Source: an uncultured Actinomycetota bacterium (lineage in GTDB: Bacteria > Actinomycetota > Actinomycetes > Propionibacteriales > Nocardioidaceae). From it: a stretch of 64,000 bases of DNA. How positions within the stretch are numbered: position 1 is the stretch's first letter; every line of letters begins with the position of its first letter. This document shows, one piece after another, positions 30,183 to 41,232 of this stretch. The stretch is taken from NCBI GenBank assembly GCA_963791105.1, contig CAWBRA010000008.1:13458-77457 (forward strand), read 5' to 3'. The notes under the pieces were generated by a model. It searched no databases and was not told the origin of the DNA. It was given only the letters and a program-made list of their open reading frames with translations. The position numbers were made by a program, and so were the translations under genes.

Positions 30183-31100
30183 ATGGCCGTTGCCGTCTCC
30201 GAAGAGATGTTCGCCCCGGTCTCCCCCGGCGTCGACCTGTGCTACCAGACCTTCGGCGACCCGCAGGGTGAGCCGCTGGTGCTGGTGATGGGTCTCGGCG
30301 GTCCGATGAACTGGTGGGACCCCGAGCTGTGCACGATGCTCGCCGCCGCGGGCTTCCACGTGGTGCGCTACGACAACCGTGACACCGGGCGCTCCAGCAG
30401 GATGCGCGGCCGGGTGCGGCGGGCGGACATCGTCAGGTCGTTCCTGGGGCGCAGGGGCGAGGTCCCCTACACCCTCGACGACATGGCCGACGATGCCTTC
30501 GGGCTGATGGACCACCTCGGCTGGGATCGTGCCCACGTGGTCGGAGTCTCGATGGGCGGCATGATCGTGCAGACGATGGCCACGGCACGCCCGGAGCGGG
30601 TGCTCTCGCTGACCTCGATCATGTCCACACTGGGCAAGCGCAGCGTCGGCTGGCAGCACCCTTCGCTGCTGCCCATCCTGCTCGCGAAGCGCGGCGTGGG
30701 GCGTGAGGCCTTCGTGGAGAGCTCGGTCAAGACGTGGCGCTACATCGGCTCCCCGGCGTACCCCCTCGACGACGTCGAGACCCGGGCCCGCGCGGAGGAG
30801 ACCTATGACCGCGGTGTGACCGCAAGCGGCCTGATGCGCCAGATGGTCGCGGTGCTGAGCCAGCCCGACCGGTCCCGAGCCCTTCGCTCGCTGCGGATCC
30901 CCGCCGCGGTCGTGCACGGCAGCGCCGACAAGATGGTGCACGTCTCCGGCGGCCGGGCCACGGCCCGGGCGATCCCGGGAGCGGAGCTGGTCGTCATCGA
31001 CGGCATGGGTCACGATCTTCCCAAGCAGCTCTACGACACGTTCACCGAGATCATCAGGCGCACGGCAGACCGGGCCGGCAAGGAAGCCGGCCCGGCCTGA
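30183..31100 (+). CDS. Alpha/beta hydrolase
   Basis: GVSMGG nucleophile elbow, HGSADKMV and GMGHDLP. Confidence 0.8.
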   Translation: MAVAVSEEMFAPVSPGVDLCYQTFGDPQGEPLVLVMGLGGPMNWWDPELCTMLAAAGFHVVRYDNRDTGRSSRMRGRVRRADIVRSFLGRRGEVPYTLDDMADDAFGLMDHLGWDRAHVVGVSMGGMIVQTMATARPERVLSLTSIMSTLGKRSVGWQHPSLLPILLAKRGVGREAFVESSVKTWRYIGSPAYPLDDVETRARAEETYDRGVTASGLMRQMVAVLSQPDRSRALRSLRIPAAVVHGSADKMVHVSGGRATARAIPGAELVVIDGMGHDLPKQLYDTFTEIIRRTADRAGKEAGPA

Positions 31101-31110
31101 CGGTGTCAGC

Positions 31111-32193
<1,083 letters not shown>

Positions 32194-32249
32194 GATTTAT
32201 CTCCTCACCGGCAGGAACGTGCCGGACGATCCGTTGTAAGTGACGACGG

Positions 32250-33182
32250 TCACACTACCCGCTCCCGGAGCTCCAGGCCCCGGCCGTCCGGGCGCCACCC
32301 CACCAGCACGGGGTCGATCAGCCCACCGACGAACTCGTGGTCTGGTCCGGAGTTGCGAAAAGCCATGAAGTACGCCGCTGCCTCGTGGTGGACCACCTTG
32401 CCGACGTACAGCGACTCGTCGGTGAGGCGGACGGCAGCGGCCACGTCGACGACGGCGCCGGGACCGTCCACGGGGACCGACCAGACCCCACCCGACCCCG
32501 GGTCGGCGCCCGGCATCTCGCTGCCCAGGCAGGAGAACAGCAGCACCCAACGGCCCTCCACGAGCACCACCTGAATGACCTCCAACCACTCGAATCGCCC
32601 CGTCGGCACGCTCAGCGCCGGACCCACCTCCCACGATCGGAGATCGTGGGAGGTCGCGTGCCCCACGACTCCACACCCCGGGGTGGCAGCGACATCGCGC
32701 GCCGTTACGTACATGTGCCACAGCCCGGCCTCGTCCCGCACGACCCACGGGTCCCGCCAGGCCTCCTCCGGCCAGGCTCCGCTGGATCGTTGGTAGCTCG
32801 GCAGGCAGGCCTCGACCACGGTGGAGGTGCGGGTCCACGTCACGAGGTCCGCAGAGCGCGCGGACCCGATGCGCTGGACCAGACCACCGTCGGACCTCGT
32901 GAGCCCGGTGCTGAACAGCCACCACGAGTCGTCGCCGCGCACCGTGCAGCCGGTCCACTGCGCCAGGTCGTCGAACGTGCTCCGCTCGGGCAACGGATCG
33001 TCCAGGCACTCCCAGGTCTCCAGGTCAGCGGACACGGCATGGCCGATGCGCGCACGGCGATGGCGCAGGTCCGGATCTCCCAGCGACCGCGGCGCCTTCA
33101 GGAAGAACAGGTGCTGGTGGCCACTCGTCGGATCCCGGATCGTCCAGAAGTCCCAGACGTAGTCCTCAGTTCGGTCGAACAT
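32250..33182 (-). CDS. Glycoside hydrolase, clan GH-J (GH32/GH68-like) five-bladed propeller, cytoplasmic
   Basis: VWDFWTIRD, WRDPWVVRD (RDP motif) and WLEVIQV. 310 aa with no signal peptide. TGATG 1-nt overlap with lacI. Confidence 0.55.
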   Translation of the reverse strand: MFDRTEDYVWDFWTIRDPTSGHQHLFFLKAPRSLGDPDLRHRRARIGHAVSADLETWECLDDPLPERSTFDDLAQWTGCTVRGDDSWWLFSTGLTRSDGGLVQRIGSARSADLVTWTRTSTVVEACLPSYQRSSGAWPEEAWRDPWVVRDEAGLWHMYVTARDVAATPGCGVVGHATSHDLRSWEVGPALSVPTGRFEWLEVIQVVLVEGRWVLLFSCLGSEMPGADPGSGGVWSVPVDGPGAVVDVAAAVRLTDESLYVGKVVHHEAAAYFMAFRNSGPDHEFVGGLIDPVLVGWRPDGRGLELRERVV

Positions 33183-34192
33183 CAGGCGACCGACGCCCCC
33201 GACTGCAACACCATCGGCAGCCGTACGACCCCAGCCTCCTGCCAGTCCGGCCGCATCAACGTCTCCACGGCACGTCGACCCATCTCCTTGAACGGCAGCG
33301 CCAACGAGGTGAGACGTGGACGCAGCCACGCGGCCAGGTCCGAGCCGTCGAACGAGATCACCGCGACGTCCTCGGGCACGCAGATCCCTCGTTCGCGCAA
33401 CGCCTGGTAGGCACCCATGGCGATCCGGTCGTTCAGGCAGATCAGCGTCCCGGGCCGCCCGCCCGCACCCAGCCACGCTTCCAGGGCGTCATGAGCCGAC
33501 GCCACGTCCCACCGGCACGACACCACCCCCGCCACCTCGGCCCCGGAACCGACAAACCCCTCACGAATGCCCCGCAGCCGGTCCACACCGGCGGTCGAGT
33601 AGGGGGCGGGATCCTCGCCCACCACGTGTACCGGCTCACGCAGGCCCGACTCCAGCAGGTGCAGCACGGCAGCGCGCCCCCCGCCGACGTCGTCGGGGAG
33701 CACCGCCGGCAGGTCGGCAGAGGGATCCGCACAGTTGAGCAGCACCGTGCGTCCGGCGCGCAGGGGCTCCGGGACCTCGACCAGCGATGCCGCCGCCGTG
33801 GCATAGACGATCCCGTCCACCTGACGGTCGAGCATGTCCATGATGAGCAGCTCCTCGAGGACGGGATCGCCCATGGACTCACCGATGACGAGCAGGTGGT
33901 CGAGCTCCCGGGCCGCCGCACTCGCCCCGCCGAGCAGGTCGTTGCCGAAGGAGCCGGTGGCGACCCGGTCGGAGATCAGCCCGATCGTCTGCGTGCTGGA
34001 CCGGCGCAGGCTCCGTGCGGTCAGGTTGGGGCGGTAGTTCAGTCCCTCCATCGCGGCCATCACCCGCCGCTCGGTGTCCGCGGAGATGCGCATCTGGGTG
34101 GAGCGCCCGTTCAGAACGTAGGAGGCCGTGGTGACCGAGACCCCGGCATGTCGGGCGACGTCAGTGAGCGTCGCCTTCTTCAAACCGCCCAT
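33182..34192 (-). CDS. LacI-family transcriptional regulator
   Basis: TLTDVARHAGVSVTTASYVLNG HTH plus a periplasmic-binding-like core. Confidence 0.9.
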   Translation of the reverse strand: MGGLKKATLTDVARHAGVSVTTASYVLNGRSTQMRISADTERRVMAAMEGLNYRPNLTARSLRRSSTQTIGLISDRVATGSFGNDLLGGASAAARELDHLLVIGESMGDPVLEELLIMDMLDRQVDGIVYATAAASLVEVPEPLRAGRTVLLNCADPSADLPAVLPDDVGGGRAAVLHLLESGLREPVHVVGEDPAPYSTAGVDRLRGIREGFVGSGAEVAGVVSCRWDVASAHDALEAWLGAGGRPGTLICLNDRIAMGAYQALRERGICVPEDVAVISFDGSDLAAWLRPRLTSLALPFKEMGRRAVETLMRPDWQEAGVVRLPMVLQSGASVA

Positions 34193-34268
34193 TTCAACAC
34201 CTTTCCTGCGGCCCAGGCTGCGTGACGAAAACGTTGCTTGACACGTCGCACTACACCCGGCATAGGCT

Positions 34269-34284
34269 GCTGATTCGATTCAGC
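34269..34284. promoter_or_regulatory. Candidate LacI-type operator downstream of a TTGACA -35 box
   Basis: GCTGATTCGATTCAGC is a 16-bp palindrome with 7 of 8 pairs. TTGACA at 34238-34243 and a TAGGCT-like -10 at 34263-34268, with a long spacer. Confidence 0.35.
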
Positions 34285-34347
34285 ATGTGTTGCGCGTCAC
34301 AGTACGACGCGGACCGAGCAGATGTCCAAGAACCTCCTGAGGAGAAG

Positions 34348-35646
34348 ATGATGCGATTCCACCGGCGAGGTCGTACCTCGCTCGCCGCACTGACAGCCGT
34401 CGCCGCGGCAGCAGCACTCACTGCCTGCGGCAGCGGCGGCAGCAGCAGCGACGACAAGTCCGTGACGATCTGGAGCAGTGTCGACCAGCCGGTCCAGGAC
34501 GGGCTGAACAAGGTCCTCCAGGAGAAGGCCAAGGCCGAAGGGATCACCGTCAAGTGGCAGAAGGTTGAGAACATCAATCAGCTGATCATGCAGAAGATCC
34601 AGGCCAACGACACCCCGGACATCGCCTTCATCCCGCAGCCAGGAGTCGTGGGCGACATCGTGACGCGCGGCAAGCCCGTCCCGCTGGACGACGTGGTGGA
34701 CATGGCAGCGCTCAAGGAGAGCATGATCCCCGGCACGCTCGACTCGGGCACGGTCGACGACAAGCTCTACGGCCTGCTGGTCAGCGCCAACGTGAAGAGC
34801 CTGGTGTTCTACCCGAAGAAGGCGTGGGAGAAGGCCGGCTACCAGGCACCCAATTCGATCGACGAGCTGAACGCGCTCACCGAGAAGATCAAGTCCGACG
34901 GCAACACCCCGTGGTGCATGGGGATCGAGTCCGACACGGCGACCGGCTGGCCGGCCACGGACTGGATGGAAGACCTGGTGATGCGCTACGGCGGCGCCGA
35001 GGAGTACAACCAGTGGGTCAAGCACGAGATCAAGTTCGACTCGCCGGTGGTGCGTGAGGCCGCAGCGGAGTTCGAGAAGCTGATGTTCACCGACGGCAAC
35101 GTCCTCGGTGGCCGCAAGGCGATCGCCAGCACCAACTTCGGCACCGCAGGCAACCCGATGTTCGACGCCAAGCCCGGCTGCTGGATGTACAAGCAGGGCA
35201 GCTTCATCACCGGCTTCTTCCCCAAGGACGTCGTCGCGAACCTCGATGAAGAGGTCGGCGTCTTCGGCTTCCCGCCGGCCGAGGCCGATGGCGAGAACCC
35301 CGTGCTCGGCGGTGGCGACATGGCGATGCTCCTCAGCGACGACGCCGCCAGCAAGAGCGTGATCAAGATGCTCGCCGAGACCGACATCGGCAACGAGGCA
35401 GCCAAGAACAGCTCGTTCATCTCGCCGCACAAGGACTTCGACGCGGCGAACTACGCGAACGACCTCACCCGACAGGTGGCCGCGGTCGGCACCGACGCCA
35501 CGGCCCTGCTCTTCGACGGTTCGGACCAGATGCCCGGCGAGGTCGGTGCCGGCACGTTCTGGAAGGACATGACCGCGTGGATCAGCGGTCAGCAGGACCT
35601 CGACAAGACGCTGAAGAGCATCGACGAGAGCTGGCCGGCGAGCTGA
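34348..35646 (+). CDS. Sugar ABC transporter substrate-binding lipoprotein
   Basis: GAGGAG RBS and the lipobox LTACGSGG. Family-1 SBP length and pattern. Confidence 0.85.
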   Translation: MMRFHRRGRTSLAALTAVAAAAALTACGSGGSSSDDKSVTIWSSVDQPVQDGLNKVLQEKAKAEGITVKWQKVENINQLIMQKIQANDTPDIAFIPQPGVVGDIVTRGKPVPLDDVVDMAALKESMIPGTLDSGTVDDKLYGLLVSANVKSLVFYPKKAWEKAGYQAPNSIDELNALTEKIKSDGNTPWCMGIESDTATGWPATDWMEDLVMRYGGAEEYNQWVKHEIKFDSPVVREAAAEFEKLMFTDGNVLGGRKAIASTNFGTAGNPMFDAKPGCWMYKQGSFITGFFPKDVVANLDEEVGVFGFPPAEADGENPVLGGGDMAMLLSDDAASKSVIKMLAETDIGNEAAKNSSFISPHKDFDAANYANDLTRQVAAVGTDATALLFDGSDQMPGEVGAGTFWKDMTAWISGQQDLDKTLKSIDESWPAS

Positions 35647-35669
35647 CGGGACAGCTCGGATGACCGCCG

Positions 35670-35701
35670 CCGGGGGTGTGGGGCCCGCCCCACACCCCCG
35701 G
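35670..35701 (+). terminator. Perfect 14-bp intercistronic hairpin between the SBP and permease genes
   Basis: CCGGGGGTGTGGGG-cccg-CCCCACACCCCCGG. Likely a partial terminator or mRNA stabiliser. Confidence 0.6.
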
Positions 35702-35764
35702 CGACCTCTCACCACCTCTGCCCAACTCCCGCCCGCTGGTCGGGCCAGGAAGGTGTGACCTGAC

Positions 35765-36742
35765 ATGAAGTTGCTCAGTGCGCTGCTGACCGTCGTCGCG
35801 GGTATCAGCGCGGCCCTCGCGCTCTACTGGCTGCTGAACAAGCTCGCCGAGCTGATGCCCGGCAAGTGGGAGGAGCGGATCAAGCCCCTCTTCTACATCC
35901 TCCCGGCCTACCTGGCCGTGGCCATCTATCTCATCTACCCCGCGATCCAGACACTCATCGCCAGCTTCCAGGACGCTTCCTCGACGGCGTTCGTCGGTTT
36001 CGAGAACTACACGCGGCTGCTGTCCAACAGCGGATTCCAGCAGACGCTGTTCAACACGTTGCTGTGGATCGTGATCGTCCCGGCGGTGACGGTCGTGCTC
36101 GGGCTCGCGGTCGCCGTCCTCGCGGACCGGCTCAAGCCCACCGGCGAGAAGCTGACCAAGACGATCATCTTCATGCCGATGGCGATCAGCGCGGTCGGCG
36201 CGGCCACCATCTGGCGCTTCGTCTACTCCGCCGAGCCGGCCGGCCGCCAGCAGATCGGGGTCTTCAACGCCGTCTGGACGGCGCTCGGCTTCGACCCGGT
36301 GGCCTGGCTCCAGGTGAGCACCCTGCACCTGAACAGCATCTTGTTGATGGTGGTGCTGCTCTGGGCCCAGGTCGGGTTCGCGATGGTGCTGCTCTCCGCC
36401 GCGGTCAAGGGGGTCCCGGACGACACGCTCGAGGCCGCCCGCATCGACGGTGCCACCGAGCGCCAGACCTTCTTCCGGGTGGTGGTGCCGCAGATCAAGG
36501 GCACGATCATCACGGTGTTCATCACGGTGACGATCGCGGTGATGAAGATCTTCGACATCGTCTACGTGCTGACCAACGGTGGCTTCAACACCAACGTGCT
36601 CGGCAACGAGTTCTTCAACCAGCTCAACACCAACTTCAACAACGGCGCCGCCGCGGCCATCGTGGTGATGCTGATGATCGCTGTGATCCCGGTGATGGTC
36701 TACCAAGTCCGGCACTTCAAGCGCGAGGAGGCGGGAGCATGA
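35765..36742 (+). CDS. Sugar ABC transporter permease (MalF/UgpA-like)
   Basis: Six TM segments and the EAA-type loop LEAARIDGATERQTFFRVVVP. Confidence 0.9.
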   Translation: MKLLSALLTVVAGISAALALYWLLNKLAELMPGKWEERIKPLFYILPAYLAVAIYLIYPAIQTLIASFQDASSTAFVGFENYTRLLSNSGFQQTLFNTLLWIVIVPAVTVVLGLAVAVLADRLKPTGEKLTKTIIFMPMAISAVGAATIWRFVYSAEPAGRQQIGVFNAVWTALGFDPVAWLQVSTLHLNSILLMVVLLWAQVGFAMVLLSAAVKGVPDDTLEAARIDGATERQTFFRVVVPQIKGTIITVFITVTIAVMKIFDIVYVLTNGGFNTNVLGNEFFNQLNTNFNNGAAAAIVVMLMIAVIPVMVYQVRHFKREEAGA

Positions 36743-37650
36743 GCCAGGCAGTCACGCCCATGGGGGCGGCCACACCCACGGCCAAGCAGCGCAAGAAGGC
36801 ATCGAGCTTCGACCCGAACCCCGCCAAGGCAGGCTGGCTGGTCAAGGGCGTCCTGATCTTCATCTGCCTGGTGTGGATGATTCCGCTGATCGGCACGCTC
36901 ATCACCTCGTTCCGCACGGTCGGGGCTGCCCGGAACTCGGGCTGGTGGGAGGTCCTCGGCGACCTGGGTGGGTTGACGACCAGCAACTACTCCGAGGCGA
37001 TCAGCGGAGCGGAGATGGGGCCGGCGTTCATCAACAGCTTCGCCATCGCGCTGCCCGCGACGTTCATCCCGGTGCTCGTGGCCGCCTTCGCGGCGTACGC
37101 CTTCACCTTCATGGAGTTCAAGGGACGCGACGTGCTGTTCCTGAGCATCGTGGCGATGCTGGTGGTGCCGAACTACGTCGCCCTGGTGCCGATGCTGAAG
37201 ATCTACGGCTACCTCGGCATGAACGGGACCTTCCCGGCCGTGTGGCTCGCGCACATCGGCTTCGGCATGTCGCTGGCGATCTACATCCTGCGCAACTACA
37301 TGGCCACCTTGCCCAAGACCATCATCGAGTCGGCCAAGATCGACGGCGCCAGCCACTTCCAGACGTTCTACCGCCTGGTGCTCCCGATGTCGGTGCCCGC
37401 GTTGGCGTCGTTCGCCATCTTCCAGTTCCTCTGGGTCTGGAACGACCTGCTGGTGGCCCTGGTGTTCATCGGCCCGGGCGAGAACGAGCCCATCACGATC
37501 GCGCTGACTGGTCTGCGCGGTCAGCTGGGACAGGGCTGGAACCTGGTGACGGCAGGCGGAATCCTGACGATCATCGTGCCGGTCACCGTGTTCCTGCTGC
37601 TGCAGCGCTACTTCGTCCGCGGCATGACCGCCGGTGCGGTGAAGGGCTGA
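36739..37650 (+). CDS. Sugar ABC transporter permease (MalG/UgpE-like)
   Basis: ATGA overlap with the upstream permease gene. IIESAKIDGASHFQTFYRLVLP. Confidence 0.9.
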   Translation: MSQAVTPMGAATPTAKQRKKASSFDPNPAKAGWLVKGVLIFICLVWMIPLIGTLITSFRTVGAARNSGWWEVLGDLGGLTTSNYSEAISGAEMGPAFINSFAIALPATFIPVLVAAFAAYAFTFMEFKGRDVLFLSIVAMLVVPNYVALVPMLKIYGYLGMNGTFPAVWLAHIGFGMSLAIYILRNYMATLPKTIIESAKIDGASHFQTFYRLVLPMSVPALASFAIFQFLWVWNDLLVALVFIGPGENEPITIALTGLRGQLGQGWNLVTAGGILTIIVPVTVFLLLQRYFVRGMTAGAVKG

Positions 37651-37659
37651 CCCGCAGGC

Positions 37660-38310
37660 TCAGCGACCGAGCAACCGCCGTCTCGTGGCGCCCGGCATCG
37701 GGCGCCGCGTGACGGTGACTCCGCCCATCAGCGCGAAGCCGGTCACCCGCACGGTCGGCGAGTCTGGTCCGACCTCGGCCGCCACCCGGTCGCGGGCCTG
37801 GTCGAAGCCGCCCATGATGCCGACCCCGTCGACCACGACGCGGGTGGTCGCGTTCACGACGACGTCGACACCGCCCCAGATCGTGTAGGCGTGGATGACG
37901 GTCTCCCGCGCGGTGAGGTGGGCCTCGCGCAGGTCCAGGTCGACGCCGCCCATCAACGACACGGCGGTGTGTGTGGGGCCGACCTCCCACGCGCCTCGTC
38001 TGCGACACCCGCCCATGACGGCGATGGAGGTGTCGTAGCGCACGGCCGGCAGCTGCGGTCCGGTCGGCTGCGGGAGGGACGGGGCCCGAGCCGCCTGCAT
38101 CCCGGGTGGCAGGTCGGCCGTGAGCGGGACGAGGTCGCCGTAGGTCTTCGCGGCGTACGCCGCCTCCAGCCGGTCGTCGAGCTCCTCGAGGTCGAGCCGA
38201 CCCTCGCCCGCCGCCTGCCGCAGCAGCTCGGAGACCCGGTGCCGGTCCTCGTCGGAGATCCGCAGCCGGGAACGTTCGTCGTAGCCGTCCACCTCGCCCG
38301 CCATGAGCAC
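37660..38310 (-). CDS. DUF1707 domain protein with a LiaF-like C-terminal repeat domain
   Basis: RISDEDRHRVSELLRQAAGEGRLDLEELDDRLEAAYAAKTYGDL, with C-terminal MGG..V repeats. Confidence 0.7.
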   Translation of the reverse strand: MLMAGEVDGYDERSRLRISDEDRHRVSELLRQAAGEGRLDLEELDDRLEAAYAAKTYGDLVPLTADLPPGMQAARAPSLPQPTGPQLPAVRYDTSIAVMGGCRRRGAWEVGPTHTAVSLMGGVDLDLREAHLTARETVIHAYTIWGGVDVVVNATTRVVVDGVGIMGGFDQARDRVAAEVGPDSPTVRVTGFALMGGVTVTRRPMPGATRRRLLGR

Positions 38311-38339
38311 AGGTTAGACCGGTGCGATAATCGACCCTC

Positions 38340-40028
38340 GTGGCCACAGAACCAGACTTCAGGTACTCCGACCTGCTCCCCACGGGAGCCGACGAGACGC
38401 CCTACCGGCTGATCACCACCGAGGGCGTCTCGACCTTCACCGCTGACGGCCAGACCTTCCTGCGCGTCGCCCCCGAGGCGATCCGGCAGCTGACCGCCGA
38501 GGCGATGCACGACATCTCGCACTACCTGCGTCCCGCGCACCTCGCGCAGCTGCGCAAGATCATCGACGACCCCGAAGCCTCCGGCAACGACCGGTTCGTG
38601 GCGCTGGACCTGCTCAAGAACGTCAACATCTCCGCCGGCGGCGTCCTGCCGATGTGCCAGGACACCGGCACCGCCATCGTGATGGGCAAGAAGTCCGAGG
38701 GTGTGCTCACCGGCGTGGACGACGGCGAGGCGATCAGCCGCGGCGTGTACGACGCCTACACGTTGCTGAACCTGCGCTACTCCCAGCTGGCGCCGCTGAC
38801 CACCTGGGAGGAGAAGAACACCGGCACCAACCTGCCGGCACAGATCGAGCTCTACTCGACGCAGGCCTTGGACGGGAGGCCGGAGTACAAATTCCTGTTC
38901 ATGGCCAAGGGCGGCGGCTCGGCGAACAAGTCGTTCCTGTTCCAGGAGACCAAGGCCGTCCTGAACCCGGACCGGATGCTGCAGTTCCTCGACGAGAAGA
39001 TCCGCTCGCTCGGGACGGCGGCATGCCCGCCGTACCACCTCGCGATCGTGATCGGTGGCACCAGCGCGGAGTTCGCGCTCAAGACCGCGAAGTACGCCAG
39101 CGCGCACTACCTGGACAACCTGCCCACCGAAGGGTCGATGAGCGCGCACGGCTTCCGCGACCTCGAGCTGGAGGAGGAGGTCTTCAAGCTGACCCAGTCG
39201 TTCGGGATCGGGGCGCAGTTCGGCGGCAAGTACTTCTGCCACGACGTCCGCGTGGTCCGGCTCCCCCGTCACGGCGCCAGCTGTCCGGTCGCCATCGCCG
39301 TCTCGTGCTCCGCCGACCGTCAGGCGCTCGGCAAGATCACCGCCGAGGGCGTCTTCCTCGAGCAGCTCGAGACGGACCCGGCGAAGTACATGCCCGAACC
39401 GAGCGAGTCCCACCTCGACGAGGGCGACGTCGTCCGGATCGACCTGAACCGCCCGATGGACGACATCCTCGCCGAGCTGTCCAGGCACCCGGTGAAGACC
39501 CGGCTCAGTCTCTCCGGCCCGCTCGTCGTGGCCCGCGACATCGCGCACGCCAAGATCAAGGAGCGGCTCGACGCCGGCGAGGAGATGCCGCAGTACCTCC
39601 GCGACCACGCGGTCTACTACGCCGGCCCGGCGAAGACCCCCGAGGGCTACGCCAGCGGGTCGTTCGGCCCCACCACGGCGGGCCGGATGGACTCCTACGT
39701 CGAGCAGTTCCAGGCAGCCGGTGGCTCGAAGGTGATGCTCGCGAAGGGCAACCGCTCCAAGGTCGTCACCGAGGCCTGCCACGCGCACGGCGGGTTCTAC
39801 CTCGGCTCGATCGGGGGCCCGGCTGCTCGACTCGCCCAGGACTGCATCAAGTCCGTGGACGTGCTCGAGTACGCCGAGCTCGGCATGGAGGCGGTCTGGA
39901 AGATCGAGGTCGAGGACTTCCCCGCGTTCATCGTGGTCGACGACAAGGGCAACGACTTCTTCACCGATCCCTCGGGCGCCGTTACTGTGCCGATCAGCGG
40001 GATCCGGGTGCGCTCCCGGGAGGCCTGA
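38340..40028 (+). CDS. Class I (Fe-S dependent) fumarate hydratase
   Basis: About 562 aa, with [22 protein letters not shown] and ARDIAHAKI. Confidence 0.9.
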   Translation: MATEPDFRYSDLLPTGADETPYRLITTEGVSTFTADGQTFLRVAPEAIRQLTAEAMHDISHYLRPAHLAQLRKIIDDPEASGNDRFVALDLLKNVNISAGGVLPMCQDTGTAIVMGKKSEGVLTGVDDGEAISRGVYDAYTLLNLRYSQLAPLTTWEEKNTGTNLPAQIELYSTQALDGRPEYKFLFMAKGGGSANKSFLFQETKAVLNPDRMLQFLDEKIRSLGTAACPPYHLAIVIGGTSAEFALKTAKYASAHYLDNLPTEGSMSAHGFRDLELEEEVFKLTQSFGIGAQFGGKYFCHDVRVVRLPRHGASCPVAIAVSCSADRQALGKITAEGVFLEQLETDPAKYMPEPSESHLDEGDVVRIDLNRPMDDILAELSRHPVKTRLSLSGPLVVARDIAHAKIKERLDAGEEMPQYLRDHAVYYAGPAKTPEGYASGSFGPTTAGRMDSYVEQFQAAGGSKVMLAKGNRSKVVTEACHAHGGFYLGSIGGPAARLAQDCIKSVDVLEYAELGMEAVWKIEVEDFPAFIVVDDKGNDFFTDPSGAVTVPISGIRVRSREA

Positions 40029-40042
40029 GTCTCCGGGGGCCC

Positions 40043-40255
40043 TCAGCCGTGGTTCGCGGCCTGGTCGGCGGTGGGGTCGGCCGAGTCGTCGGACTCCTCG
40101 GTGCCGGTGCGGGCGTTGGGTCCGGCCTTGCCCTCCTGGACCTCGCCGCTCTCGGCGTCCGGGGCGCCGGCCACCGCCTGGTCGGGCATGATCGGCTCGT
40201 CGGCACCCTCGAAGGTGGACACCTCCGAGATCTGACCGCTGTCGTCTCCGGACAT
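40043..40255 (-). CDS. Small acidic protein, 70 aa (hypothetical)
   Basis: GAGAGGGGA RBS before ATG 40255 and GC-rich third codon positions. Asp/Glu-rich, disordered-looking. Confidence 0.5.
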   Translation of the reverse strand: MSGDDSGQISEVSTFEGADEPIMPDQAVAGAPDAESGEVQEGKAGPNARTGTEESDDSADPTADQAANHG

Positions 40256-40275
40256 GCTGTCCCCTCTCGCCGTGG

Positions 40276-40300
40276 CCCTGCCCTGCCCTGCCCTGCCCTG
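40276..40300 (-). repeat. (CCCTG)5 / (CAGGG)5 pentanucleotide tract, G-quadruplex-type motif on the minus strand
   Basis: Five CCC runs separated by TG, 21-45 nt upstream of the small acidic gene start codon. Confidence 0.9.
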
Positions 40301-40445
40301 CCCTGATGAACCTACCGGCCCACCCCTCACCGTCCCGCGGCGTCGCGCGACGCGAGCCGGGCCGAGGCCGGGCTGGGTCGTCGACGTCATACGGTGGGAC
40401 CGTCACGGCGCCACGACGCCGGACGTCGTCCCGGGAGAGCAGCTG

Positions 40446-41117
40446 ATGAGCGAGTACGTCGAGGTGGCCCGTGCGGAGTCCGAGCGCGGTGAGCTGGTGC
40501 TGCGCCGCAGGGTGGAGGAGCACGGGGCGGACGCGCTCGAGCTGAGGGTCAACGGGGTGTTCGTGATGGACACCCGCGAGACCAGCTCGGAGATCGAGCT
40601 CGCTGCCGCCGCGCTGGAGCTGGTCGAGGATCCACGTCGGGTCGCCGTCGGCGGGCTGGGGCTCGGCTTCACCGCCCAGCGGGTGCTGGCAGACCCGCGG
40701 GTCGAGGAGGTGCGCGTGGTCGAGATCGAGGAGTCCCTGATCGCGTGGATGCGCGACGGGACCATTCCGCACGGCCCGGCGCTGCTGGCCGACAAGCGGC
40801 TGCAGATCGTCAACGCCGACATCGTGATGGCGATCGCGGAGGCCACCGACAGCTACGACCTGGTCCTGCTCGACGTCGACAACGGCCCGGGCTACCTGGT
40901 CCACGACACCAACGCGGGGATCTACGAGCGGGACTTTCTCGCCCGCACGTCGCAGGTCCTCGAGCCGGGCGGTGCGCTGGTCGTCTGGTCCGCCGACCCC
41001 GCGCCGGAGCTGGCCCGGGTGATGGAGCAGGTGTTCGGCAACTGCACCGAGCACCGTTACGACGTACTGCTGCAGCAACGGCCCGAGCAGTACCTGCTCT
41101 ACCTCTCCCGCGCGTAG
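40446..41117 (+). CDS. Spermidine-synthase-like SAM-dependent methyltransferase-fold protein
   Basis: VAVGGLGLGFTAQ (SAM-binding loop), LVLLDVDNGP and GGALVVWS. Confidence 0.65.
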   Translation: MSEYVEVARAESERGELVLRRRVEEHGADALELRVNGVFVMDTRETSSEIELAAAALELVEDPRRVAVGGLGLGFTAQRVLADPRVEEVRVVEIEESLIAWMRDGTIPHGPALLADKRLQIVNADIVMAIAEATDSYDLVLLDVDNGPGYLVHDTNAGIYERDFLARTSQVLEPGGALVVWSADPAPELARVMEQVFGNCTEHRYDVLLQQRPEQYLLYLSRA

Positions 41118-41232
41118 CGGCTCGCCAGCCCAAGGACCTCACAAGGTCGGCTTGCCATGGTGGCGGTTGCCGGACGGAACGCCATCGGATCGGCTTCGGC
41201 ACACGCAGCATCCAAGCGCGAGGGAGCACACC

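Noticed and set aside
32194-32249. msiK RNA motif upstream of the MsiK-like ATPase
   Set aside because: A 6-bp hairpin sits just before the SD. I do not remember the motif consensus well enough to call it, and the gene appears to be co-transcribed with the upstream hydrolase. I mention it only as something to test.
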